DNA of 64,000 bases from Lobosporangium transversale (taxonomy: Eukaryota). Shown here piece by piece: positions 1 to 11,825 of the stretch (its first letter is position 1; every line of letters starts with the position of its first letter). The stretch spans positions 992,001 to 1,056,000 of the forward strand of contig NW_019028980.1 in NCBI RefSeq assembly GCF_002105155.1, read 5' to 3'. The notes beneath the pieces are model-generated. The model ran no database searches and was not told where the DNA came from. It was given only the letters and a program-made list of their open reading frames with translations. The position numbers were made by a program, and so were the translations under genes.

Positions 1-84
1 GAAGTCGGATACCAACATCAACATGAACAACCACAACAGATTATAGGGCTAGAACAAGTCGCTATGATGACAGCTCGATCATAG
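1..84 (+). CDS. Possible 3' end of a gene entering the window
   Basis: Frame 1 is open from position 1 to TAG at 82-84 (EVGYQHQHEQPQQ...), followed by AT-rich UTR-like sequence. Too short to identify. Confidence 0.25.
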   Translation, partial: EVGYQHQHEQPQQIIGLEQVAMMTARS

Positions 85-577
85 AGGGAGGGAATTGACA
101 TACATAAAAAGTTTTTTATTTGGTGTAACATGATAATTAAAGGTCTCGACCAATCAAAAAGATTTTGCTTATGCCATATGTGAATAAGATATGTACCCGG
201 CTCTATTCATCACTCTTCTGTGAATACATCCATTCTACCCTACTTTATTTTATTTAATGAAGAAAGTGGAATGACAGTTTATCCCAAACTTATATTTTAG
301 ATGATCTTACTCTCCATTCATAAGACAATGGCGAGGATGATATATAACTCTTGTTTTAAGAAGAAGTAGAAGAAAGCTTAGATCATTAATGAGTTAATCT
401 CCCTTGATGGAGGTAAATAGGAGAGGAGAGAAGGAAGGAAGCAAGAACCTTAAAGAAAAAAAGGTCTACAGCTTCTTTTCTTTAAGTACAACAAGAGCAG
501 CATGCTCTTCCTTTTTTTCCCTTTTTCAGAAATCTCACAAGAAGAAAAGAGGAAAAAAAAAGCGAAACAAAAGTAAA

Positions 578-649
578 TGATCTACGCAGGGGTCGAACCT
601 GCAATCTCCTGATTCGTAGTCAGACGCCTTTCCATTGGGCCAGTAGACC
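578..649 (-). tRNA. tRNA-Arg, anticodon ACG, intronless
   Basis: Reverse complement GGTCTACTGGCCCAATGGAAAGGCGTCTGACTACGAATCAGGAGATTGCAGGTTCGACCCCTGCGTAGATCA folds as a cloverleaf: acceptor GGTCTAC/GTAGATC, anticodon arm TCTGA-CTACGAA-TCAGG, T-loop GGTTCGA. T-runs follow on the minus strand. Confidence 0.95.
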
Positions 650-753
650 GTTTTTGAACTTGATATACGTTGCTTATCGTGATTATGTTAAATGACAAGT
701 CTACCGATTAACATCACGTGAACTTATTTACAATAGCGACTTAAAGCTGTTGC

Positions 754-1477
754 TTAGGACCTACGCTTGACCCAGCCCAATGGCTGAGTAGTATACTCGT
801 CAGGGCACCCCCCTGTCTAGCCCAGGGGCCGGGTTCGAGTCCTGGTTAAGGCACATAAAGTGAAGCAAACATGTGCCAGGTCAGGGATTTGCTTGAGTTT
901 TTATACTTTCTCTCCGAGACAGCCTAGTGTTCTCCGCTAAGGCTAAGATCGTGGGTGCACTACCCTAAGTCGCCTGGCTGGCCACATGTCTTAGGTTTAT
1001 ATTCCACCCCCCAGCCGAACCAGCGGTACATCTGGCAGCACATCCCCCCCATCCACCCACTTGACTAGGACAGCGATGATCACAAAGTTTGACGGAGTCC
1101 AAAGTAGAAATTTCAGACCAATCCCGCAAGATTTGGGTCCACATGCCAGTGGATTTGATCGAATAGAAAAAAAATTAAAAGTCGTCCTTAGCTAGAGTCG
1201 GCACGCCAGCCTCCGCGGCTTTTCACGGGCGCAACAGGCCACATCGGAAGGATGGACTTCGAGTACCGATCACGGTGTACATTGGTAGAGAAAAACATGG
1301 ATACGAATTGGCTCTTCACAGCCATGCCGTGCGAACTTTGAGAGTTTCGCTTGTTTCATAGTTGAGGGCGATATCATTACTTTAGAGCGAGATTATGAAA
1401 TAAAATTCCTCACCTCTGTGGGTTCTTGTTAACAGGAAAAAAAAAAAAAAAAAAAATTAGGACCTACGCTTGACCCA
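754..1477. repeat. 21-bp target-site duplication (754-774 and 1457-1477)
   Basis: Exact direct repeat abutting the tRNA-like head and the poly(A) tail. Confidence 0.93.
775..1456 (+). mobile_element. tRNA-derived SINE-like retroposon (about 680 bp) with poly(A) tail
   Basis: Head 775-853 has an A-box-like TGGCTGAGTAG and a B-box GGTTCGAGTCC. AATAAA lies near 1399 and an A20 tail at 1437-1456. An identical 21-mer TTAGGACCTACGCTTGACCCA flanks it at 754-774 and 1457-1477. No long ORF inside. Confidence 0.88.
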
Positions 1478-2058
1478 TCGCAGATAAGGTTCTGTTGCAG
1501 AGCTTGTTAGGATAGCGGCGGTGGTCAACCGCGGAAAGGATGGGGGCGAATCCTTTCCTGTAACAGGATGTTATCGACGTTAAACATGGTGGTGAGCTGT
1601 GGCGATGGTTACGCGACATTTGAAGGGGCTTACCGAGGGAAGGTGACAAGACTTATGGCGACTGTAAAAGCGATTCTCTCCGGACGTTGGAGCATCAAGT
1701 ACATTCTAGACTAGATATTTTTTTGAGTTTATAGCGTTGTTCGTTTAGAGAAACAGATTGTAATAAAAAAAAGAAAAAGTGGCTTAAAGCGGTCGCTTTG
1801 ATCAACAAAATGGAGGTTGTTTTTTCTTGCACACAACAGGTCGAGTAGGAAAATAAATCCTACATGACCTCGTGGGACATTATCACAAAAAAAAAAAAAA
1901 AAAAAAAAAAGAGTTTGCACATAGTGTTTGCAGGAAAGAAGAGAAACTAAACCAAACATTAGCAGCGTATGGGTTTTTGATCAGCAGACATGGTTTCCGC
2001 GCAATAAGGAGGGGGCGCGTTTAAAAGTAGCAATGTTTTACATTTCGCCGCCTCACAC

Positions 2059-2089
<31 letters not shown>

Positions 2090-2693
2090 AAGAGGAGTCT
2101 GGTCTAGCAACCACAAGTCTCTTTCTCACATAGACTTTCCTCTGTCAATAAAAAAATATAAAGGAGAATAAGAACACGAGCATGTGCGATGGGGAAGTAT
2201 ATGAAGTTATCCATTTCTCGTTCCTCAAGTCATCAAGGCACATTTTCATATGGACTCTTGTCTCTAACAAAACGTTTTTGAAAAAAGACATACAGGATGG
2301 CTATACTGCAAACGGATTGATCTCGCTCGTTATTATTATACATGTGCATTAGCACGGAAAAAACGATTATGTAACAAAAATATATATATGTATATGCTAT
2401 AGTTGTATAAAAAAGGCTTCCTCGTCAGATAGCCTCTTGATGAAATGAGTAAAATGAATACAAAGAAAAAAGCAAAAAGTTAACAGGAACGACCCTTTTT
2501 TTTTTTTTTTTTTTTTTTTTTTCGCTTCCTTTTTGTTTTGTGAAGAGTCGAGCATAAAAGGAAAAAAAAAAAAAAAAAAAAAAAAATTGCGGTATATGCG
2601 CGATAGCAACGAATGGAATCTATAAGTGGATACAGAAAGCATAAAAAAAAAAAGCGACAGGTGTGTATACAGGAAAGTGACATGACCGAAGAA

Positions 2694-5600
2694 TTAACGG
2701 GGGTCGCGATCCCGAGAAGCTGAGTAATGAGCATCAGAGCGCGAATACGACACATGATGTGGCATTTCCTGTCCGTGACGGTCCACAGGTCTCCCGTCCA
2801 TACCGGAATGATGTGGCGTATATCGACCATTATTCGAGGATGGTCCACTTGAAGCAGATCCTGACGAACCTACCGCTTGAGATTGATGTGGTGAGTGGGG
2901 TGGAGGAGGACCACCTTGCTGTTGCTGCTGTGGTGCATAGCCGCCATACCGAAGTTGATGCTGCAAATGAGATATCTGCTGTTGCTGTTGCTGCATCTGA
3001 TGCTGGAGTTTCTCAACCATATACATCATGGAGTCTTGCTTCTCCAAATCCGATCGTCTGTACACGTCCAATTGTGACAGGTACTCTCGCATGATGTGTA
3101 GTTCAGTGAGAACATCCCTATACTGCTGGAAGGAAGGGGCAGACGTCATAGCATCGGGTACAGCCATGTCGCGAGAAGGTGGGGAAGGTTGAATAGGGCG
3201 ACCATGAGAGTCAACTGTGGGTCCTCTGCTAGAGTATCCGCTGCTATATCGATAGTTAGGCTCTTCTCTTTCGCGGTTATGCTGACCGTGGACAGGGATC
3301 TGCCGACCACTAGTGGGTGATGCAGGTCTTGTCCTATCTGAACGTGAGATATCCATAGCGTCATGCATACTCCTGCTACCAGTTCGTGCATGCTTTATGG
3401 GTCTTCTACCCTCTGTAGGCTCAGCAAAGTCGCCCTGGGAGTAGTGACGCGAGTGGCTGGGAGCATGCGGCTCCGCGCTGGGAGGTGTATGAACTGGAAG
3501 TGGGGATGATAGCGGTGTAGATTGCATTGCTAATCCTTGCTTAGGATTTTCAGGAGAACCGTTTGTTGGAGATTGATATGTTTTTGGCTCAGTTCCTTCA
3601 ACTTCCCAAGTGCGATTTGGATGCTGTCCATCTTTAATATTCCCATCTGCGTTTTGTACTGGTAGACTTCGTGTTCTGTCCGAAGAATTGCGGCTAGAAG
3701 GTCTGTTGGAGGGAGCAGAGGGAACCGGGTTGCGAGGACGGCCTCTCTTAGCAGGTGTGACCGGAGTAGATGAGGATCCAGAGGGGATAGGGGGTGCTGA
3801 AGTTAAGTTCGAAGGCGTTGTTGGTTGCGTAGACGGGGAAGGAAGTGCTGGAGCAGAGGGGGAGACGGGCGTAATAGTTGCGGGTTGAGTGCCTTCTTCC
3901 TGGTTTTTTGACGTTTTTTGTTGCTCTGTATCACTACGGGACTTCATGTCTTGATCCTCATCTTCCTCAAGCTCATCGTCTTCCTGAGGCTGGCTCTGAT
4001 CTTTGGATTCCATGAAGGTATCCTCCTGTTCATCAGAATCTGACATGCCTGATCCACTATCGTCATCACCCGAGTTACCCTCATCCAGAGATCCTCCTTG
4101 ACCTGACATTTTCATAAGATTGATAACTTGCTTGACAAGATCATCATTGGCTTCTTTCATGTCATCTGGAATGTTGCCCTTGTACATTCGCTCTCGTAGT
4201 TGATAGGGCTTAACCATCCTGTTCACTCTTCGAATACACTGACGGGCGTGGACCTTCATTCCAAGAGCATCACGCACATCTTCCCAGGCCTTTGCAACCT
4301 GGCCCACTTTCTGCGCAAAAGGATTTAGTCGGATGGTCTCAAGAAGAAGGCGTCTATCTGTATCTTCAGAACGATATCGGCGCTTTTTCTGCATCCTTTT
4401 GAGTGCCTGAGGCTGGTTCATCATATCAAAGAGCTGCTCCAACAGTTTCTTCTTTGTTGCTTGTTGCTCCTCCGTCCCTACTGGTCGGTCACGTCCAGCA
4501 ATGCTTGCCTGGATGATATTATCGAATCGTCGAGAGCAAGTTCTCGCTCTGATACCCTGCTCTCTAGAAATCATCTCCCATGCTTGGGTGGTCTTTCGGA
4601 TAGCGCAATTAAACGGATCATGTTGAAGGACACTGGTCAATAAGCTAATCTGAATATCAATAGGAAGAGGTCCTTTAGGGGTACCGCGAGCAGATTGGAT
4701 CTTGAAAGGCTCATCCTTCTTTTGTTGATGCTGTCCTGAGTTATAGTGTTGCTGTTGAGAATGATTAGCTCTGCCAAGCCCTGAATCTTCAGAACCGGGA
4801 TATCGAGGAGGTCGGGGGGCAAGTGGTGGTAGCCCATCAACAGGAGCAGAACCTGAATATGCGTGGTAATCTCTCGAATAATCGGCATAGGCTTGATGGT
4901 GAGGTTTTACAACATTCGGATCTGTGTATTGATAAGGTGTACCATGATATGGTTCACGTTCACGGTGTGGCATGTGATGCGATTTCGGATCGCTGATCTG
5001 GCCATACCGATACCGACTCTCATGGTCTGAATATCCATCGGAGTCTGAATTGTGTCGATGACGTTTGCCTTGATATGATTCTGACGAGTCATGGGACGGA
5101 GTCATGGTTGGATATGTAGATTCGGAGTAATTTCTCTGTAGTGACATATCTGGGTGTGGTGGGCGCATTGGATAATGTGGAGGCGAGCGAGGTCGCATAA
5201 CGGGTGCATGACGGGTAAACGATAAATGTCTATTGCTGGCAGAAGGCGATGCGGGGCGTGACCAAGCCGTAGAGGAATTATTGTAATAAGCTTCGTTGTG
5301 ATACGAGCTGTTGAATTGATGTGGGAAAATATGAATAATATTAGAACATGTATAATTTTATACTTCCGTCATGGGTAGCGTTTTAATTGATCATATCGGT
5401 AGAAACAAAAATGTCGACAAAAGAAACAAAACAAAAAAAAAAAAAAGACAAAAGACAAAATGGACTATGTGTATTACGAATAAGCTCTGGCGCTGATTGC
5501 TCAATTGTCCAGGCAACATCTGTGATCATAAACAAGCTGGTGGGATATAAATCGTTACCTTGAAGGCGGATGACGCTCGTGCTCACGAGTGTCCATGTAC

Positions 5601-6019
5601 ACATTATCCTTGGCTTGCGACTGTGGCCACGGGGCACGATGCTCATGCCCGGATGTACCATTGTATCCACGATGTTCATCCATGCGTGGTTGATGAGAAT
5701 CGCCATATGGCGGCTGAGTATTTGACCTGCCAGAGGGAGAGTGATGAGATACTGGAGATGATGGAGGATGCTGTTGACCGTCATTATTTGAAAGAGCCCG
5801 TCGATGACCAAGACCATATGTCTTATCCTGGTCAAGATCCTTGGATGTAGGTCCAGCTGGAGCGGAAGTGTGTGATGGAGCAGGTGAGGGACTAGTTGGA
5901 CCCATAGTTTTATTGGGGGACATGGCTGGCGAAGGCGTATGCGCCTGACCGGAATGCGTCATGTCGACTTGATCCGGTGGCGTATGTGGACGTGTAGCGA
6001 TAGTCGAATTAGAAGGCAT
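2694..6019 (-). CDS. Putative transcription factor with two Myb/SANT-like (trihelix-type) repeats, disordered regions and a C-terminal coiled coil; exons 6019-5559 and 5307-2694
   Basis: A GTAACG...CAG intron (5558-5308) joins the 154-aa and 834-aa ORFs in frame. Two related helical repeats: LLTSVLQHDPF...AWEMIS...ARTCSRRF and LLLETIRLNPF...AWEDVR...ARQCIRRV. Q-rich coiled coil near the C-terminus. Confidence 0.8.
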
Positions 6020-7589
6020 GCGGTTGAGGATTGGAGGAAGATGAACGACCAGGACTTTTTCAACAAGGTGTTAGGGAGAGAGCATATAAGAAAAAGAGAG
6101 AGGGTAAGAATTTCTCTGATAGAAAGTTAGACAGGAGTAAAGAGTGGGGAGTTGAAGGTTACGTCAAAGAAAAAGAAAAAAAAATTAAAAAAAAAAAAAG
6201 AGTGGCAGTGATAACTGTCAACTTCAAATGAAGCCGTGGCAAGTGGTATCAGTTATCGGAGCTGCGTCCAAAGGAAGTGCGACGTCAATTTAACGCTAAC
6301 CACGAGGCGCAGGAAGAAACAAAAAAGAAACCAAAAATTATGGGTTAGTGTGGGTCATATCGGGTATGATCAATTATGGGTTGTTTTCATAAATGAAGAT
6401 GGCCTCTCCTCCCTCCCTCCCTCTTGGACTTTTTCTTGGCAACCACGTAAAAAAAAAATAAAAATAAAAATAAAAAAAAGAAAGAAAGAAAGGGAAGGAA
6501 GGGAAAGAGGAAGAAGGATAAAGACAACAACTAGTCAGATCGGCCAACGTTCCCTCGCACAGAACACAGTACACACTACATCTGCCAGGGGAAAGAAGTT
6601 GAGTTGGGCCCAGATCCGGTCCGATTGCATAAATGGTTTGTTTAATCAGGCGTTAGCGCAAAAAGAGGAGTTCTATCCGAAATCCCAAGAGGGGATTGTT
6701 TCAATATTCTTCTTTTTGGAAAACCATTGAGTAAGAGCTATTTATCCGTCCAAGCTCGCCAGGGAAGACCATGTATGTGCCCTGAACACTTTGTTCAGTT
6801 GCTCACTATGTACCTCTATGAATCAGCGATTAATCTTTGTTTCCCGTGAAATATCGGGAGATCACAAAAAGAGATGAATAATACAACAATAATAATAGGG
6901 GTGATAAGTTTAGCTTTCAACCTTAGAAGGAAGTCAATGAACGAGGAATGACGATAAATAAACTTTCATCTTTAAGAGTATTGTATGGACATTTGGGAAA
7001 GAGAGAGTGAAAGAGAAACCACAAAAGGCTTAGCAATGAGCTGAGTGAAAGAAAGGTGTGAAAGATATGAAAAGGTGTGAAATGAAGGGAAAAGCGTGAT
7101 TGGCCCTGAGATTATGAACTAATTGTCAAACAACGATAAGTAAAATAATAACAAATAAATAAAAATTGACTGACGTTGTCTCAAAAAAAAAAAAAATAAA
7201 AAAAAAAATAAAAAAATTGGACGTATTGAAGGAGCCTGGTCCAAACAATCACAAAAAGAAAGGGAGTATACGCAATGTTACTGTTTGTTTGTCGCCACTT
7301 TTGAGGAGAAGGGAAGGTGAGAGTGGAAATGATCCACTTTTTGCAATTGCACTGGTTCTTGTCCAATCAAACATAGGGCGGCGATTGACTAAGCGGCGAC
7401 CAATCGTCACGGCGTTCCCGATCTCCCCAGCCAGAGCAATCTCTTCAATGACTACATCAATCTTTTGCTTGCTGTCTGTTTTATTGTTATTAAAGAATTC
7501 AATCCTTAAATCAAAAATTGTAGATCTGCTTGTCCATCCCATTCCTTACCCCTTTCGTCTCTTTTATTTTTCCTTTTCCTTTTCCTTTT

Positions 7590-7624
<35 letters not shown>

Positions 7625-8235
7625 CAGTCAAATCTGTCGTGCAGATCATTCAGTTTTTTTTTCTTTTGACGTCGTCACAGGGAAATCTGCAACGGACAAA
7701 AAAAAGGAAATGTATGCTCCAAACAAAGTAACAAATGTAAATATACCATACAAATTTGGTATCATAACACATAGCATCATCTGGCTCTCTGCAAAAAAAA
7801 AAAAAAAAAAAAAAGATCGATAGACGTCGAGAGCATATCTCGAGAGAGAGAAAGTATGGATATCTTACTGATAAGAAATATATGTAAAGTTGTAGTAGGG
7901 ATGGTGATACTAAGTATTTAGACTAGCATGTGAATAACGTGAATGATTTAATAAAATAAAAAATAAAAAATAAAAAAGCCGATCGCTTTTTTTTTTTCTT
8001 TTGGTAATATGATGGCTATCAACTCATGTTGATTCAGAAAGGAAAGAAGGGACGAAGGATAGAGTAGACAAAGAGGGTAGAGTGAAGAAGGAATAAGAAT
8101 AACAGGGAGTGAAAGAGTCGTTTATTGAATGTGGATGAATAAGGGAAATCTTACATGTAAATGTGAGTGAGCAGAGTGATTAGGACGTTACTACTTTCGA
8201 TGGTGCATACAAGGTATTGAGAAACAGTCGTTGAT

Positions 8236-8238
<3 letters not shown>

Positions 8239-8273
<35 letters not shown>
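8239..8273. repeat. (AG)n microsatellite, about 17 units
   Basis: Direct reading. Confidence 0.9.
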
Positions 8274-8278
<5 letters not shown>

Positions 8279-9323
8279 GTAATGGAGAAGAAAAGAATGT
8301 GAGTGAGAAGAGGAAGAATGTTTGTATAAGGAAAAAAGAAGAAGAGAAGAAAGGGGAAAAGGCCGTGTGTTTGACGGAAGAAGACAGAGGAAAGAGAGGA
8401 AGTTGGGGTGGGGAGAAGAATGAAAAAATAAAGCTGCTGTACGCTTCTACAACAGTCGACACCGCAGAAAAAAATATTTCAAATAAACTCAATAATTAAA
8501 GCTGAGAAAGAGAGGGAAAAAAGGCTGGAGCCTAGTCCGCTTTGCCTTCACATTGAATTCTCTCGCGTTTGCTTTGCTTGCGATGAACAGCTTTGAAGTG
8601 AAAATAGTATGAGAATGTGATTTTCCAATAAAGACTCAACATATTAAAAGCATGAGGAAGTGGGATGCTGTGAGGGGCAAGGAGAGATAATCGGCCAGGA
8701 GCCAGAAGCAGATCTAAACCATTTGTATCTAAAGCAAGACATTTCTTCTCTTCCATTGGCGACCACAATCGACAAAAAGCGAACACAGGCAAAAGGAATC
8801 TCCAAAACCATTGTGCATTCATTACAGTTCACTTTGAATCTTTTTACTCTTTTTTAGATGAAGAGGGAACTGGGCTTCTCGCTCTTCTCGCTTTTCCCCG
8901 CGGGTGCCGATCTAAACGGCGCTGTAGACCTCGTGTATATATATATATAATACAATTGGTATTTGAGCAAATCATGAATACACAACTGAATGCAAAACAA
9001 TGGACATATAAATTATATATACATTTATATAATAATAAATGAAAGTATGAATGAATGAATTGCAAAATCAATTGTAAATAAAGAATAAATAAAATTAATA
9101 TCGTTATAAAAAAACCTTACAAATGAACAAACATGATGGGCGATCTGCGCGATTGTTTACACTAAACAAATAAAGAATAGTCCTCAAGGGACGACGCTAT
9201 TGTACTCGTTTTTCTTTGAAGCATTCGATAGACAAATGATTGATGTTGTTGTCGTTATAACAAATTGCTGGTATGTACTATTTATGTGTGATGAAAATAG
9301 CAGCTGACACTTGGAAGGATCTG

Positions 9324-9356
<33 letters not shown>

Positions 9357-11636
9357 GGAGCAAATGAACGAACAAACAAATGAGCGGACGAACGACATGA
9401 TGTGAATGTGTTTTTTAAAGCATGTTATGCAGGCTGCCTTGGAACATGAATATATTTCGGATCGAAGCATCTGCCCTGAGCATCAAACCAAAAGAAAAAA
9501 AAAAAAAAAAAAATAAACACATCTACTGAATCTTTGTGAATATGTACGACTAAACATTTTCATCTTTTTATACGACATGTTTCTTACCCCATCCTGTGGA
9601 AAAGCTATTAGAGTTCATTCAATACAGTGATTTATATATATAAATATATATTTTTTGTCTACACATCCGATTGATTCATGGCCTCCAAGTTTAGATGTAT
9701 TGAAACCTTTGTTTATTACGATGGTTTGTCCACCAGATGATATATATCGTTAAGTCATAATTCTTCCACCACATCTTGTTTACGACATTAATTAGATGGT
9801 TTTTCGTTCTTTCTTTCTTAGCGTCGACATCGGCGTATCTCGTCAATCAGAATCGTTTCCTGCATCAATGTTAATTGAACATGTATATTTATAACTATAC
9901 TGAGTACAATATGAAATACACGCATGACATGCGCAAACAGATCATTCAATCATTCATTCGGAAAAATAAAAAAGGTAACAAGTCAGAGCCTTTACCGTGT
10001 TCTTGGTAGGCGTGGAGATGCAGTCAGTCCATTTGTATGTTGTAAACCTATTATTTGTATTGCCTGGGTAGAGGTCCCCCTGTTTTGTCTTACCACTCTA
10101 GTGAAATGGTGAGCTAAATGAAACCGTCTGGGGACAACATCGATAACGTACTGTAGACTCCATACCACAGAGAATAAAAATATATGTAATTGCCCATGCA
10201 TCATGACATTGCTTATTCACTTTAATTGGATCTCGTTTAATGGTTTATACTCTCTTTTATTTTAGAAATGACGGAGTAAAAATAAAACAAAAATGTATGA
10301 CTATGAGAGAATGAGAGGGAATGGTGTCAGATCCGGCCAAAGAGGTAAAGTTATTTTACGATCACCAGGGGAGGGGTTCCCCGCGTCTATGATAATGCTC
10401 CGGTGTGAACAAATGGACATTGATGCCAACAGTCATATCGCTTTGTCAAATAGTCTTTACTCTAAAAAAGTTAGTTCGTCCTTTGCTCTCTTTATATTCT
10501 GACATGAGCTCTATTTGGACGTACTTCCGGACTCATAAGCGAGAGATCACTAATGATAGGCAAATTTAAAAACCTCTTCTCAGCCAATTTTATAATTAAA
10601 GCTTTCTGTATTCTGTAGTATTCACAATGGCATTCCAGACCTCGCATCCATGCGTTTTAATGAATGGTCTGGATACTGTTTCTTTTTTTTTCTTTTTTTT
10701 TTTTTTTTGTTAGGAGTAGGAGAGAAGATAGGATGAAGAGCTCGTTATTATCGTTCATTGCGCTCCCATGTTTCCCATCTTTATCATTCAATCTTCAAAA
10801 TGAATGGGGATGTGAAAGAAAAAGAAAAAATTAGGGGAAGGTTGAGGACAGGCACACAGAGATGTATACTTGCATACTCACATACTCACATCGCATACTC
10901 ATAAATACACACACAAACACATAACAGGTTTTTTCTTCGACGTTTATCACGACATGATTTGTTTACACCAATGCTTCGCCCTAATGCAACGGCCACTCGA
11001 TGATTGGAGTAAGTGAAGAGAAGGGACTAGACCCATAAGATGTTGAGAGCGACACGCACATCTGGAGTAAAAACTCCGAGCGTTCATATTGTGTTATGTC
11101 TTTATTCTCTATTCGTTTCCTTTTTGGTTCTCTTCTTGTGCGGTATGTACTTTTTTTTTTTTTTTTTTCTTCTTCATACACCTTTATGTATGATATATAT
11201 ATATATATATATATACTGTAAATATACATTTTCCGTTTTATTCACAAGAACGTAAAAAAAAAAAAGCTCCAAACATTCATTTGGTAGATCACGCTCTGGG
11301 AGTTTGAATAGAGTTGCATGCAGCTTAGTATATACAACCATGTTACAGAATAGTCCAGTGAACAAGGAGTAAAGCTTTCGCATTTTCTAATTGTCCGCTT
11401 TGCTTTGTCGCATCCTTCTCCCCTCCTACTTCAGACAGGCAAGCAGGCGGTCAGTGAGTCCGAAATGGATGGAGTGATACGGGTCATTTGGTTTATCCCT
11501 TTTGTGTCTTGTAGTTGCAGAAGGGAAAAAAAAAAAAAAAAAAAAAAAAAAAAGGAGAGAATTGAAAGCCGAAGAGTATTTCAGTCGATCTTTTGACGAC
11601 TAAAAGAGGAATAGCATGAAAACAGAGACAACAAAG

Positions 11637-11825
11637 TACTCCGTCCCATTTGGTCAGTAATTCATATATTTTTTGAATAATCTTGATTGAAGTGGGAGCC
11701 AATTATATTCCTTGGCACCAGTTCGTCACGGAGGGTGAAATGTCAAAATCAGCCACCAAATCAATTCAATCATCGTTTTTTGAATAGAAAATATATGAAT
11801 CACTGACCAAACGAGTTGGAGGATA
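11637..11825. mobile_element. Degenerate MITE, same family as 30145-30363
   Basis: Imperfect inverted repeat CATTTGGTCAGTAATTCATATATTTT / AAAATATATGAATCACTGACCAAACG. Shares internal motifs with the 30.1-kb element (CAAAATCAGCCACC vs GGTGGCTGATTTTG; CCAAATCAATTCAAT). Confidence 0.65.

Noticed and set aside
775..853. Second tRNA gene
   Set aside because: The acceptor and anticodon arms do not pair properly and there is no terminator right after. It is better explained as the SINE head.
1194..1275. HDV-like ribozyme in the SINE body (GAGTCGGCACGCCAGCCTCCGCGGC)
   Set aside because: Only superficial similarity. I found no complementary P1 3' strand and could not build the nested pseudoknot.
1600..1645. 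RNase MRP RNA suggested by GGGGCTTAC
   Set aside because: The matching GAAAGTCCCC (CR-I) element is absent.
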